The notes beneath the pieces were generated by a model. The model searched no databases. It worked only from the letters and a program-made list of their open reading frames with translations, and was not told where the DNA came from. Of a DNA stretch of 64,000 nt, positions 8,618 through 17,631 are shown in pieces. The stretch lies in the IMG/VR virus record IMGVR_UViG_3300024983_000001, positions 72,745-136,744 of that record; one strand, 5' to 3'. The translations under genes and the position numbers were made by a program. Source of the DNA: a virus. Position 1 is the stretch's first letter; the number at the start of each line of letters is the position of its first letter.

Positions 8618-9645
8618 TAAATTTGCCCAAGAAAATATTGAATTATGTGATAATGATCCTCAAAACATTTCGATTCGTCAAGCTCATTTAATGGAATCCA
8701 CTTTGCTTTTTCAGCATCATCATTACCTTTAACTTTTGGAAGGTCACCGGCCGGTAGCTCAATGAGGTACGCATGTGTGATTGTGCGCCCACGAAGAGAC
8801 CTGTTGGGTGTATCAAACACATGAGATGTTTTGACACTACCACGGAGAACTGCCTCCGGTACTTTAATTTTAGTTTCCTCGCGAAGTTCACGAATTGCCG
8901 CGTCAAGCAGCCGTTCGTTTTGATTAACAAATCCACCCGGCAATGCACCAAGTCCACGACCTGGGGCGGCTCGACGTTTAATCATCAGTACATGTCCGGA
9001 CTGAACAACAACAGCATCAACAGTAACAAAAGTTGGAGCATACGGTGCCCTATCCCATGAGTTTTTGTAGGCTTGAATATAAAAATATTCTTCCACGAGT
9101 ACATAAAATCCTGGCGTTTTCATCCAATCAACGATATAGCTCTCGACAGCTTTTGAAACGGTTGGGTACACATGTTGTTTAACAGCAAACATTTCTTCGC
9201 GAATTTGTGTGGCATTTATACCTTGAAAATTAGGTACTTCAACAACACTCCATTGTGGAAACAGCTTTAGATAAAAGCTACTTTCGTCTTTACTGTGACC
9301 AATAATACCTATTTTGTGAGGGTTGGGTACGGCTATATAATCATCTTCTGCAATAACACTATCAATAGTGTTTTGAATATCACGAACCCACTTTTGGTCA
9401 TTGTATGGTTTATCTTTAGCCGCGACAACAACATAATTGGTATGTGAGGACCCCATCGCAGCAAGAATCATTTGCTTGCGCTCGACAAAATTCCATGGGT
9501 TTTTAATGGTTCGTGGTTGGTTAGTAGAACCAACCACGACAATGACTTTTTCGGCCATTTCACACGCCTGTTTGAGCACTGCTTCGTGACCATTGTGAAA
9601 CGGTGAAAAACGACCGATATAAATTAGATAATTAAACTTTTTCAT
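8617..9645 (-). CDS. nadM: Bifunctional NMN adenylyltransferase / ADP-ribose pyrophosphatase (NadM-Nudix)
   Basis: GRFSPFHNGH, KNPW, NATQIRE, then PGGFVNQNERLLDAAIRELREET and RSLRGRTIT. Confidence 0.93.
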   Translation of the reverse strand: MKKFNYLIYIGRFSPFHNGHEAVLKQACEMAEKVIVVVGSTNQPRTIKNPWNFVERKQMILAAMGSSHTNYVVVAAKDKPYNDQKWVRDIQNTIDSVIAEDDYIAVPNPHKIGIIGHSKDESSFYLKLFPQWSVVEVPNFQGINATQIREEMFAVKQHVYPTVSKAVESYIVDWMKTPGFYVLVEEYFYIQAYKNSWDRAPYAPTFVTVDAVVVQSGHVLMIKRRAAPGRGLGALPGGFVNQNERLLDAAIRELREETKIKVPEAVLRGSVKTSHVFDTPNRSLRGRTITHAYLIELPAGDLPKVKGNDDAEKAKWIPLNELDESKCFEDHYHIIQYFLGQI

Positions 9646-9693
9646 AATAGAGCTCCTCTATCAAAATTGTAATACGAAGTCTATCTTCGTATT
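9645..9693 (-). promoter_or_regulatory. Twin-hairpin leader motif copy 4 (nadM-nudix)
   Basis: AAUACGAA-GAUAGAC-UUCGUAUU then UGAUAGA-GGAGC-UCUAUUA(UG). Confidence 0.8.
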
Positions 9694-9718
9694 TTATTAC
9701 TACAAATATTACATCATA

Positions 9719-9747
9719 ATTATATTACACTAAACCATTAATGTCAA
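9719..9747 (-). promoter_or_regulatory. sigma70 promoter of nadM operon
   Basis: TTGACA-17 bp-TATAAT perfect consensus. Confidence 0.85.
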
Positions 9748-9749
9748 CT

Positions 9750-10136
9750 TCAGTGTTCAAGCCACTGCCAGTCTGTTGTGTTATGAAAATTACCATCAAA
9801 ACAATGTTTAACTTCGTGACCAAGCGTCATCATACTTTCGGGTGTGTCGTCAGAATATACATAACACACATTATCTTTCCACCCATAACACCCCAAGGCT
9901 CCTGGAATGGGAAAGATAAAACCAATAACTCTTGAACACACAACTGGAATATCATCCTCTTTAACACGAATCCACCGTATTATGACGGGTGCATTTTTAT
10001 CCATTTGTTCTGGTGTTTGTTTACTACCTCTTATAATAAGGTACTTGGAATCAAAAGAGTCGCAGTCACCTTTACCTGCAAAGATGACTGCGACTATGAT
10101 GAATACTGTTAGTAATGTTACTTTTACATAATCCAT
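9750..10136 (-). CDS. Exported protein with HExxH metallopeptidase motif
   Basis: N-terminal hydrophobic segment; TLGHEVKHCF. Confidence 0.6.
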   Translation of the reverse strand: MDYVKVTLLTVFIIVAVIFAGKGDCDSFDSKYLIIRGSKQTPEQMDKNAPVIIRWIRVKEDDIPVVCSRVIGFIFPIPGALGCYGWKDNVCYVYSDDTPESMMTLGHEVKHCFDGNFHNTTDWQWLEH

Positions 10137-10189
10137 GTTGTTCTCCCCACCCCAAATACGTATTTAGGGTAAGGGAGAATGATTATGGA

Positions 10190-10750
10190 TTATCGTAGTT
10201 TTACAGGACTCGACTCTTTACCAGTTTTGAATGCGTTGTCGGCATAATCGTTGGTAATAGCCTTGTACTTTTCGAGGTCGATACGGGGATATCCAGCAAA
10301 ACGCATCCACATACCCTTCCACACATAACCAAGATTGGTGCTATATGCACGTTTGGCATCAATCAAGCGAGTTTGAGACATTTTAAATTCATCACGACCA
10401 GCTTCAACAATTTGTTGAATTTTGCGATAAAGTTGCGCATCAACAGTAGGGTTCTGTTCTTTCAGCCACTGAAACGTTGCCTTGCTGCCATCAGCACCAT
10501 AACGACCACTCAATGCTGCTGTGACCACTTCCTTCAAGTCATCTTTCATCATAGTGGGGACTTGGGCTGCTTCTTGCACCTTTTGGGTGTATTGAGCAAG
10601 GATGTTCTGGTTGTTTTCCCAAATTGCCTTGATCTCATTTTCTGCGGTGTTACCGTAATTGGCACTGCTAATATATGACGCAACTGCTATAAATATAATT
10701 GAGACGATTACACCAACAATCGACATAGTTGTTACGGTTTTTGAATTCAT
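10190..10750 (-). CDS. Membrane-anchored helical protein (LemA-like)
   Basis: Single N-terminal TM, helical body, IEAGR-type motif. Confidence 0.6.
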   Translation of the reverse strand: MNSKTVTTMSIVGVIVSIIFIAVASYISSANYGNTAENEIKAIWENNQNILAQYTQKVQEAAQVPTMMKDDLKEVVTAALSGRYGADGSKATFQWLKEQNPTVDAQLYRKIQQIVEAGRDEFKMSQTRLIDAKRAYSTNLGYVWKGMWMRFAGYPRIDLEKYKAITNDYADNAFKTGKESSPVKLR

Positions 10751-10821
10751 TATAAATCTCCAAGAGGTTGAAATTAACTACACAATAACTATACAATAAC
10801 AAAAACAAAGAGTCAACAATC

Positions 10822-11586
10822 GTGCCAAGAAAAAATACAATAAACGATATTCAAAGTAAGTTAGACACTAAATGGGGTAAGAACAATTATGTGTGTCGCA
10901 CATACACAAATCTCGATGTTGAGGCATTGTTTTATTGTACGTTACACAATGAAGAATTTTTATGTATCCCAAAAAATGCTTTTTGGGGTAAAAACATTTC
11001 TCCTGGTTGTAACAAATGTAATCTAAAGAACAAACGACAATCACACGCATTTACAACACAGGAGTTTATCTTTCAGGCCAATAAGGTACATTCAAACAAG
11101 TACAATTATTCCGACGTTGTTTATATAAATGCGCACACAAAAGTAAAGATTGGTTGTGAGAAACATGGTCCCTTTTTCCAATTACCAAATAACCACACGT
11201 CACACAAGCAAGGATGTCCGGTTTGTAAGTGTTCTAAAGGAGAGACAATCATTGAAAGTTGGTTGTCGTTGAATAATATTCCATATATCCGTCAAAAAAC
11301 TTTTAATGGATGTGTCAATAAACGACAATTAAAATTTGATTTCTATATACCATCTCACAATCTCTGTATTGAGTTTGATGGTGAGCAACATAGTTTAGTT
11401 GGCAAATTCACCAAACACAAAGACAAAGCCCAACAACTATTTGATTATATACAAAGTAATGATCGCACCAAAAATGATTACTGTAATCAAAATAATATTG
11501 GAATGTTACGAATTCCATATACAGAAATTCGTAACATATTCAAAATTCTTGACGATCACTTCAATATCTTCCGTAACGACCTCTGA
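10822..11586 (+). mobile_element. Free-standing homing endonuclease (Zn-finger repeats + PD-(D/E)xK/Vsr-like domain)
   Basis: CEKHGPF, GCPVC, SKGE, FDFYIPSHNLCIEFDGEQH; inverted relative to neighbours. Confidence 0.8.
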
Positions 11587-12667
11587 AACGACTACGTTGT
11601 GAAATGATGCTGTTACTCGTTAAATCAACATCATAAAACTTAAAGAATACCGATAAACCAATACTACCAAAAATAGCAATTGCAATAGCAATGTAGAGTA
11701 CCCAATCAGGTGGCATAATCTCTTCATCAAGATACTTGAAATCCCGCATATGTTTCCGCGCAAAAGATTTGGCTACATTACTACCAATAACACTCAATAC
11801 TTGTTGTTCATTAACTGTTTTCAAGTCCAATAACGCATCACGAAGTTGTACTTTAAACAGCTGATTGTCTGTCCAACTAACAACACGAGCCCACTCGATG
11901 TTGGGATAATTCGGGGTACCAAGAATTACAACAACATCATTCTTTTTAGCACCTTGCCATTTACCTTGTAAAGCATACTCGTAGGTTGGGTCATTAACGT
12001 TAGTGATTACCACAATAACATTCACTTGTTTTGCCGGACCAAGTTCACGTAACATCAACGCAAGATCATAATTCCAACGCTTGAGGTCAGGAACATTTAC
12101 ACCAACAGGTAATACACGGTCGAGGTATTGGTAATCATACACTCCAGTTGGATAAGGAGGAACAGATGATCCCCACTTACTCAACGCCTGTTGGTTGTGA
12201 TTAAACAGACTTTCAGGAACAGCCTTCACATAGTTAGTAAAGGAGTGTTCGAGAGCTACTGGCTGGCCAGGCTTAACCGCAGTCCAACGAGGAGGTTCAT
12301 CAGAACCACGGCGGTCAATACGATTAATGGTAAAATCACCAGCTGTGCTATGTACGTCCCAATCCCAATCATTGGTGTGTTCGTAACAAATATCACAACT
12401 CGTTCCGTTTTTTGTTGAGCGACAGTGACAGGAATAGGAATGTGAGCAAGGAACGCTGTTTTGTTCTTTACTTGTAACTTGACCATTCCATATTTCCGTA
12501 TCAGCTGTTTGCGAATTCTTTCCAAGAAACCAAATTGCTGACACAATAATAACAATAAGAAACACGTTGAGGAACATTTCCTGCCACGTGACATCAGAGT
12601 TCCACAAACGTTTAGCAATCCACGGCCAGATAAGAGGGAAAGCAAGAAGAATTAAAAAGTTTTCCAT
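11561..12667 (-). CDS. Multi-pass membrane protein with large periplasmic domain
   Basis: MENFL start; two N-terminal TMs, CSHSYSCHC, WQGAKKNDVV, C-terminal TM. Confidence 0.75.
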   Translation of the reverse strand: MENFLILLAFPLIWPWIAKRLWNSDVTWQEMFLNVFLIVIIVSAIWFLGKNSQTADTEIWNGQVTSKEQNSVPCSHSYSCHCRSTKNGTSCDICYEHTNDWDWDVHSTAGDFTINRIDRRGSDEPPRWTAVKPGQPVALEHSFTNYVKAVPESLFNHNQQALSKWGSSVPPYPTGVYDYQYLDRVLPVGVNVPDLKRWNYDLALMLRELGPAKQVNVIVVITNVNDPTYEYALQGKWQGAKKNDVVVILGTPNYPNIEWARVVSWTDNQLFKVQLRDALLDLKTVNEQQVLSVIGSNVAKSFARKHMRDFKYLDEEIMPPDWVLYIAIAIAIFGSIGLSVFFKFYDVDLTSNSIISQRSRFRGRYGRY

Positions 12668-12840
12668 AAGGGGACCTTTAAGTTTAATGAATTCACATTC
12701 TACATTATTCTTAATAAAGGTCAACAAATTTGTGTGTTGACATATTTGCAGTTTTGGTGTAATTATATCAAATATTGTCAATCTCGAAACATTTAAAATG
12801 TTCCCATAAATACATACAAAAATTGAGAGGAACATGTAAA

Positions 12841-13557
12841 ATGACGAAACCAATTATTGTGGGTGAACGAAGAAACAATCTTGAATTTGTTCACAAATTC
12901 AAAGATGGTTCTTACACAAAATATAAATGTTTGTGTTTGGATTGTGGTAGAGATACAATAATACATGCTAATAATTTTGGTAAAAACAAAAATTGTGGTT
13001 GTACGAAAAAAAACCGTAGCAGAAAGGTGGGTGATGTTAAGAACGGACTTACTATTATAGAAAAGTTGTATAAAGGGAACGTTGTTACCAAACTAAAGTG
13101 TTATTGTTCACATTGTGGTAACAACGCGGCAATTATTCCATATACTATGTTTGGAAGACAACAGAGTTGTGGTTGTTTTGATGTAAGAACACATAAAAAT
13201 CATCCAAACTTTAAAGGATATGAAGGTATCTATAGTGAAATGTGGAAACAGTTACATTCCAATGCAACGAAACGAAATTTGGAATTTACCATAACGATCG
13301 AATATGCGTGGCAGTTGTTTATAATGCAAAACAAAAAATGTGCATTGAGTGGGATAGAAATACAAATGTGGCCTGGTTCACATTATTTAGAACGTAGTAA
13401 GGGTACCGCCAGCCTGGATAGAATAGATAATAAATTAGGATATGTTGTTGGCAATGTTCAGTGGGTACACAAAGATGTAAATAGGATGAAATCGGACTTC
13501 TTGCAAAGTGAGTTCATAACATGGTGTATAAGGATAGCAAAAAATGAGAATAATTGA
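12841..13557 (+). mobile_element. HNH homing endonuclease
   Basis: CxCxxC repeats; ASLDRIDNKLGYVVGNVQWVHKDVNRMK; late promoter ATAAATA upstream. Confidence 0.85.
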
Positions 13558-14794
13558 AGATGTAAAATTAGATTTTTCAGATGTGTTGTTGTTACCAAAA
13601 AGATCCTCTTTAACTTCTCGTAATGAAGTTAATCTGGAACGTGTTTTTAAATTTAAACATTCCAATAATATTTTATCCGCGATCGGGATTATCGCCGCCA
13701 ATATGGACGGCACCGGTACGTTTAGTATGGCAAAAAAATTGGCCGAACAAAAAATGCTAACATCATTACATAAACACCACGATGTTGATGAATTGGTGCA
13801 GTTTTTTACAGCAAATGAAGCCATACTTCCTTATATATTTTATTCAATTGGTGCAAATGAGAGAGATGTGAATAAAATGAAACTCACGTATTCAAAATTG
13901 GGGTCTACTCCCACGAACATTACCATTGATGTGGCAAACGGATATGCTGAATCCTTTATACGTTTCGTGAGCGAAATACGTGATTTGTATCCTGATGCAG
14001 TAATTATGGCGGGCAATTGTGTTACGCCGGAGCTGGCCGAACAATTAATACTGTCGGGGGCTGATATAGTAAAGACCGGTATAGGGAGTGGGGGGCAGTG
14101 CACAACACGAATTGTTGCAGGTGTAGGTTATCCACAATTATCTGCTGTTATCGAAACTTCTGATGCGGTTCATGGGCTTGGTGGACATTTGTGTAGTGAC
14201 GGTGGATGCGTTGTTCCTGGTGATGTGGCAAAGGCATTTGGTGCTGGCGCGGATTTTGTAATGTTGGGGAGTATGTTAAGTGGTCATGATGAGTCCGAGG
14301 GTGATATTGAAGGTGTAACAATACGCTATGTTGGTACCTCTGTAAACAAGGCGGTTAATTCCCAGCAAGCAAACTATACTTATTTGGTAAAAAACAGCAC
14401 ATCTGGAATACTAGTGCCGGTTTCTGAGGCAGATATAGATAATCTCTCACGCTGTACCAAAACATCAGATTCACTATATCAGAAGTATAAACAGTTGTTC
14501 GAAATAACCATTCCTGCTGACCCAAAGATGGTTTTTTATGGAATGAGCTCCAAAACAGCACAAGATAAACATAATGGGGGTGTTGCTGATTACCGCGCAA
14601 GTGAGGGGCGAACAACATTAGTGCCTTATAAAGGCCCTGTACAAAACACAATGCAGCAGATTTTGGGTGGTATTAGAAGTGCTTGTACATATTGTGGGGC
14701 TAGAACGCTAAAGGAACTACCCAAACGAGCAACCTTTGTGAAAATTAACAGAACCCACAACACAGCATTTGAAAATAATACCATATCGTATTAG
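13544..14794 (+). CDS. guaC: GMP reductase with ~60-aa insertion
   Basis: MRIIEDVKLDFSDVLLLPKRS, AANMD, DVANGY, GIGSGGQCTTR, FYGMSS, YRASEG, GGIRSACTY. Confidence 0.92.
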   Translation: MRIIEDVKLDFSDVLLLPKRSSLTSRNEVNLERVFKFKHSNNILSAIGIIAANMDGTGTFSMAKKLAEQKMLTSLHKHHDVDELVQFFTANEAILPYIFYSIGANERDVNKMKLTYSKLGSTPTNITIDVANGYAESFIRFVSEIRDLYPDAVIMAGNCVTPELAEQLILSGADIVKTGIGSGGQCTTRIVAGVGYPQLSAVIETSDAVHGLGGHLCSDGGCVVPGDVAKAFGAGADFVMLGSMLSGHDESEGDIEGVTIRYVGTSVNKAVNSQQANYTYLVKNSTSGILVPVSEADIDNLSRCTKTSDSLYQKYKQLFEITIPADPKMVFYGMSSKTAQDKHNGGVADYRASEGRTTLVPYKGPVQNTMQQILGGIRSACTYCGARTLKELPKRATFVKINRTHNTAFENNTISY

Positions 14795-14805
14795 GGTGAT
14801 AGCAA

Positions 14806-15006
14806 ATGAGTTTGACTCTTAAAGAAATAGTACAAAAACTGCAAGGTGCGTGTCGCACAGAGGACGAAATGATAGCATATGAGATTGGTTTTGCTCATGG
14901 TTATGATATGAGTCCAAAAGAAACAGAACTAACACCTCATCATATACAAGAAGCGTATAATGAAGGATATGAACGAGGATACAGCAAAGGTGGTCCTCAT
15001 ATTTAA
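14806..15006 (+). CDS. Hypothetical protein
   Basis: ORF track, SD. Confidence 0.6.
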   Translation: MSLTLKEIVQKLQGACRTEDEMIAYEIGFAHGYDMSPKETELTPHHIQEAYNEGYERGYSKGGPHI

Positions 15007-15017
15007 AGGAGTGAAAT

Positions 15018-15344
15018 GTGGCGACAATAGAAAGAGTGTTGATAATTGATTTCTTGGATTTGCCAAGAGAACAACAGGAAGAAATTCAAGGCTTTGAAGC
15101 ATTTGGTAATGATAGGGTTTTGAATTATACATCAGAGATGGCACCTACAGGAAATGAATTATGGTCCGATATTCTATCCCATCAGGCGATTGAGTCGTAT
15201 TGGGAAGATCAATCAGCAACTAATAACTATAAAGGCACTCTACCCGAGTTCATTGTAGATTACGGGTTAACATTTGATGTTTGGTTGTTGGCTCAAGATT
15301 TTGATCTTGCTGTAACAAAAATACTTGTACAAATTTGTTGGTAA
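15018..15344 (+). CDS. Hypothetical acidic protein
   Basis: AAGGAG SD. Confidence 0.65.
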   Translation: MATIERVLIIDFLDLPREQQEEIQGFEAFGNDRVLNYTSEMAPTGNELWSDILSHQAIESYWEDQSATNNYKGTLPEFIVDYGLTFDVWLLAQDFDLAVTKILVQICW

Positions 15345-15345
15345 T

Positions 15346-15370
15346 AAAAAGGGGCCATTGGCCCCTTTTT
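15346..15370. terminator. Bidirectional terminator
   Basis: AAAAAGGGGCC-ATT-GGCCCCTTTTT between convergent genes. Confidence 0.85.
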
Positions 15371-15836
15371 AACTTCTATACTTGATTCCTTCTTTCTTCT
15401 TAATCAATCCATATGCAGCTTTAACAACACCCTTATGTAAGGGACGGCCGGTTGCAACATATTCATCAATGGTCATCCATTTAGTAGCACCAGTTTCAAA
15501 ATGTGGATCTCCAAAATCATCAGGGTTTGCGATTTTACACACATAGAAGAAATTCTTTTTAAGAAACTCTCCCAAATACCACAACTTCATGATGTTGCTC
15601 TCACGAAGCCCCAATTCTTCACTACCTTCACGCAATGCTGCTTCCTTTGCATTTTCACCTGGATCAATTCTTCCTTTACAGCACTGGAAATCGGCGCCGC
15701 CGAAGCGTGGGTCCGACGGCAGCATAAAGTACATTTGGACTTCACCATCCTTGATGTAGTACGGAATTATGCCTGCTCTTGATATGCCATCTGATAAGAA
15801 TCTAGATTGTTCATTTATGATATCATCTACTTTCAT
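15369..15836 (-). CDS. Nudix hydrolase, late, putative head-packaged
   Basis: KGRIDPGENAKEAALREGSEELGL; MKVDDIINE N-terminus; TATAAATA upstream. Confidence 0.85.
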   Translation of the reverse strand: MKVDDIINEQSRFLSDGISRAGIIPYYIKDGEVQMYFMLPSDPRFGGADFQCCKGRIDPGENAKEAALREGSEELGLRESNIMKLWYLGEFLKKNFFYVCKIANPDDFGDPHFETGATKWMTIDEYVATGRPLHKGVVKAAYGLIKKKEGIKYRS

Positions 15837-15934
15837 GTTATTCTCTTATAATCGTTTAAGATATTTATACAAGTGTATCTTACACTTTAACCGAAGTTAT
15901 ATCAACATGATTGTTTAGCATCGTAAAGGATACG

Positions 15935-16180
15935 TTATAAAGCCAATTCAGCCTTTCTTAAAGGGCGTCTAATTGTGTAGGTTACGCCTCTGTTGTATTT
16001 TTCATTCCATTCACCAAATGCTTTGACGGCTGGTTTTTTCAAATCACTCGTAGCAAAGATTTTTTGTTTATCACCTGTTGTTGTATGAGTTACAGCACCC
16101 ATGGCTTTAACAGCACGAGACCATTCACTAAAGTCATCGTATTCTTTTGCAACACCCTCAAATAGTTCGTCAAGTTTCAT
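15935..16180 (-). CDS. Small late protein
   Basis: MKLDELFE N-terminus. Confidence 0.65.
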   Translation of the reverse strand: MKLDELFEGVAKEYDDFSEWSRAVKAMGAVTHTTTGDKQKIFATSDLKKPAVKAFGEWNEKYNRGVTYTIRRPLRKAELAL

Positions 16181-16182
16181 AC

Positions 16183-16755
16183 TTATGCTCCATCCAATTC
16201 GTTAGCAATGTCTAATTCATATGCACGATTCTTCCAACCACGCGCAAACACTGCAAGTTTAGGATTGTTTGCAATCAATCTTTGATAAAAACCATATTGT
16301 TCATCACAAATGTTGTTTAACAACAACTGCTCTGTATCATCAGTACAAGCATTAAGTGTGTGAATGGAAGCAGGACCCAACACTCCATCAACCGTTAAAC
16401 GTAGGCTAAAAGCCTTATTTAGTGCAGTTTGTGTGATAATATGTGCACGCTTAGCACCCATGTTAACGGACATATCAAATATTTTAGTGGCCACAGTTTG
16501 GTCGTCAATGTTTCCATAATGAAATTTATCCCACCAAAAGGTTTGGTACACCTTTTTGGCATCATCAATGGTCATGTTTTTGATATCTTCAGCATCAACA
16601 TCCCCATCCCCATCAAAATCACCAACTTCGGGATGATCTACAAGAAATCTCAAACTCACCCCGTAGTTGGTAGCACCTCCTGGATCATTAGGATTATTAA
16701 CCCAACCACCCTCTTGTTTTAAAATAAATGGTATTGCTTTATCAAACGTAGCCAT
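16183..16755 (-). CDS. GH108 lysozyme / endolysin with peptidoglycan-binding domain
   Basis: EGGWVNNPNDPGGATNYG, FDMSVNMG, VDGVLGP, FARGWKNR; DFDGDGDVD EF-hand-like insert. Confidence 0.9.
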   Translation of the reverse strand: MATFDKAIPFILKQEGGWVNNPNDPGGATNYGVSLRFLVDHPEVGDFDGDGDVDAEDIKNMTIDDAKKVYQTFWWDKFHYGNIDDQTVATKIFDMSVNMGAKRAHIITQTALNKAFSLRLTVDGVLGPASIHTLNACTDDTEQLLLNNICDEQYGFYQRLIANNPKLAVFARGWKNRAYELDIANELDGA

Positions 16756-16801
16756 AATAATATCTCCTATAATATGAACTATTTATATGACACCAATGAT
16801 T

Positions 16802-16829
16802 AAAAAAGCCATCTCGAAAGATGGCTTTT
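16802..16829. terminator. Intrinsic terminator
   Basis: AAAAAAGCCATCT-CGAA-AGATGGCTTTT. Confidence 0.8.
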
Positions 16830-16845
16830 CTTTTCTGGGCTAATA

Positions 16846-17520
16846 TTACTTAGCTTTAACTTGAGAGAACTTTTTGCCCACTACCTTTGCAGATTTAACA
16901 GCACCTCTCATTTTTGCAACATAAGCTTTTGCAGAAATTGCATCTTTAAACACCTCGATGTTCTTAACAGGTACCTTTTCTGTGAAACATTCGGTAATAA
17001 CCAAATACACATCAGCATCCTGTTCACCTTCAACAACGATTTCGTGGGAAGGAACACCAGCGATTTGACGATACTGCTCAAGAGACTCTTCAACTTCCTT
17101 GGAAGCTTTCTTAACAGCCTTCTTCTCTTCTTTTTTGTCTTCTTTGTCAATTTTTGCCTCTTCGCTCTTGCTTAATTTAGTTCCCATTTTAGCAAGTTCT
17201 TTTTCGGCAGGTGAAAGATCATCTTCATCTTCATAAGCCTCAACAATAGTGTCGATTTCTTCATCCGAATATTCAACACCTTCGTGTGCCATCTTTTTCC
17301 ACATAACGGAAGCAGCTACCTTTTCACCAGCTTCTTTAGAACCATATCGTTTTGTTGCTTTGGCAGCAATTTTTGCAAAATTTTTACCTTTACCACCAAT
17401 GTCTTCACCTTTTTTTGCAGCTTTGACGACAGTGGATTTTTCACCTTTGGACATCCCAGCTGATGGTGCAGCTTCTTCAACCGTAATGCCTGCAATTCTT
17501 CTAATTTCGTTCAAGTCCAT
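16846..17520 (-). CDS. Charged late protein, putative internal head/core protein
   Basis: MDLNEIRRIAG and YRQIAG repeats, Lys/Glu-rich, ATAAATA upstream. Confidence 0.65.
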   Translation of the reverse strand: MDLNEIRRIAGITVEEAAPSAGMSKGEKSTVVKAAKKGEDIGGKGKNFAKIAAKATKRYGSKEAGEKVAASVMWKKMAHEGVEYSDEEIDTIVEAYEDEDDLSPAEKELAKMGTKLSKSEEAKIDKEDKKEEKKAVKKASKEVEESLEQYRQIAGVPSHEIVVEGEQDADVYLVITECFTEKVPVKNIEVFKDAISAKAYVAKMRGAVKSAKVVGKKFSQVKAK

Positions 17521-17591
17521 GTTATATCTCCTTTGATAATGATGACCAATAAATGTATTTATCGTGTAGGCGACAACGAGTTGCGATTTCG

Positions 17592-17599
17592 TATAAATA
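17592..17599 (+). promoter_or_regulatory. T4-type late promoter (representative; similar TAAATA boxes precede most late genes)
   Basis: TATAAATA ~32 nt before ATG 17632. Confidence 0.75.
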
Positions 17600-17631
17600 A
17601 TTTATGAATCATTCACCAAAGGACTATAAAC

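Noticed and set aside
5205-9693. Twin hairpins as simple CsrA/RsmA sites or terminators
   Set aside because: Only two copies have ANGGA, the invariant GAYAGAC loop is unexplained, and there is no consistent U-tract after the stems.
14300-14530. Intein in GuaC
   Set aside because: No N-terminal Cys/Ser block or C-terminal His-Asn, and far too short.
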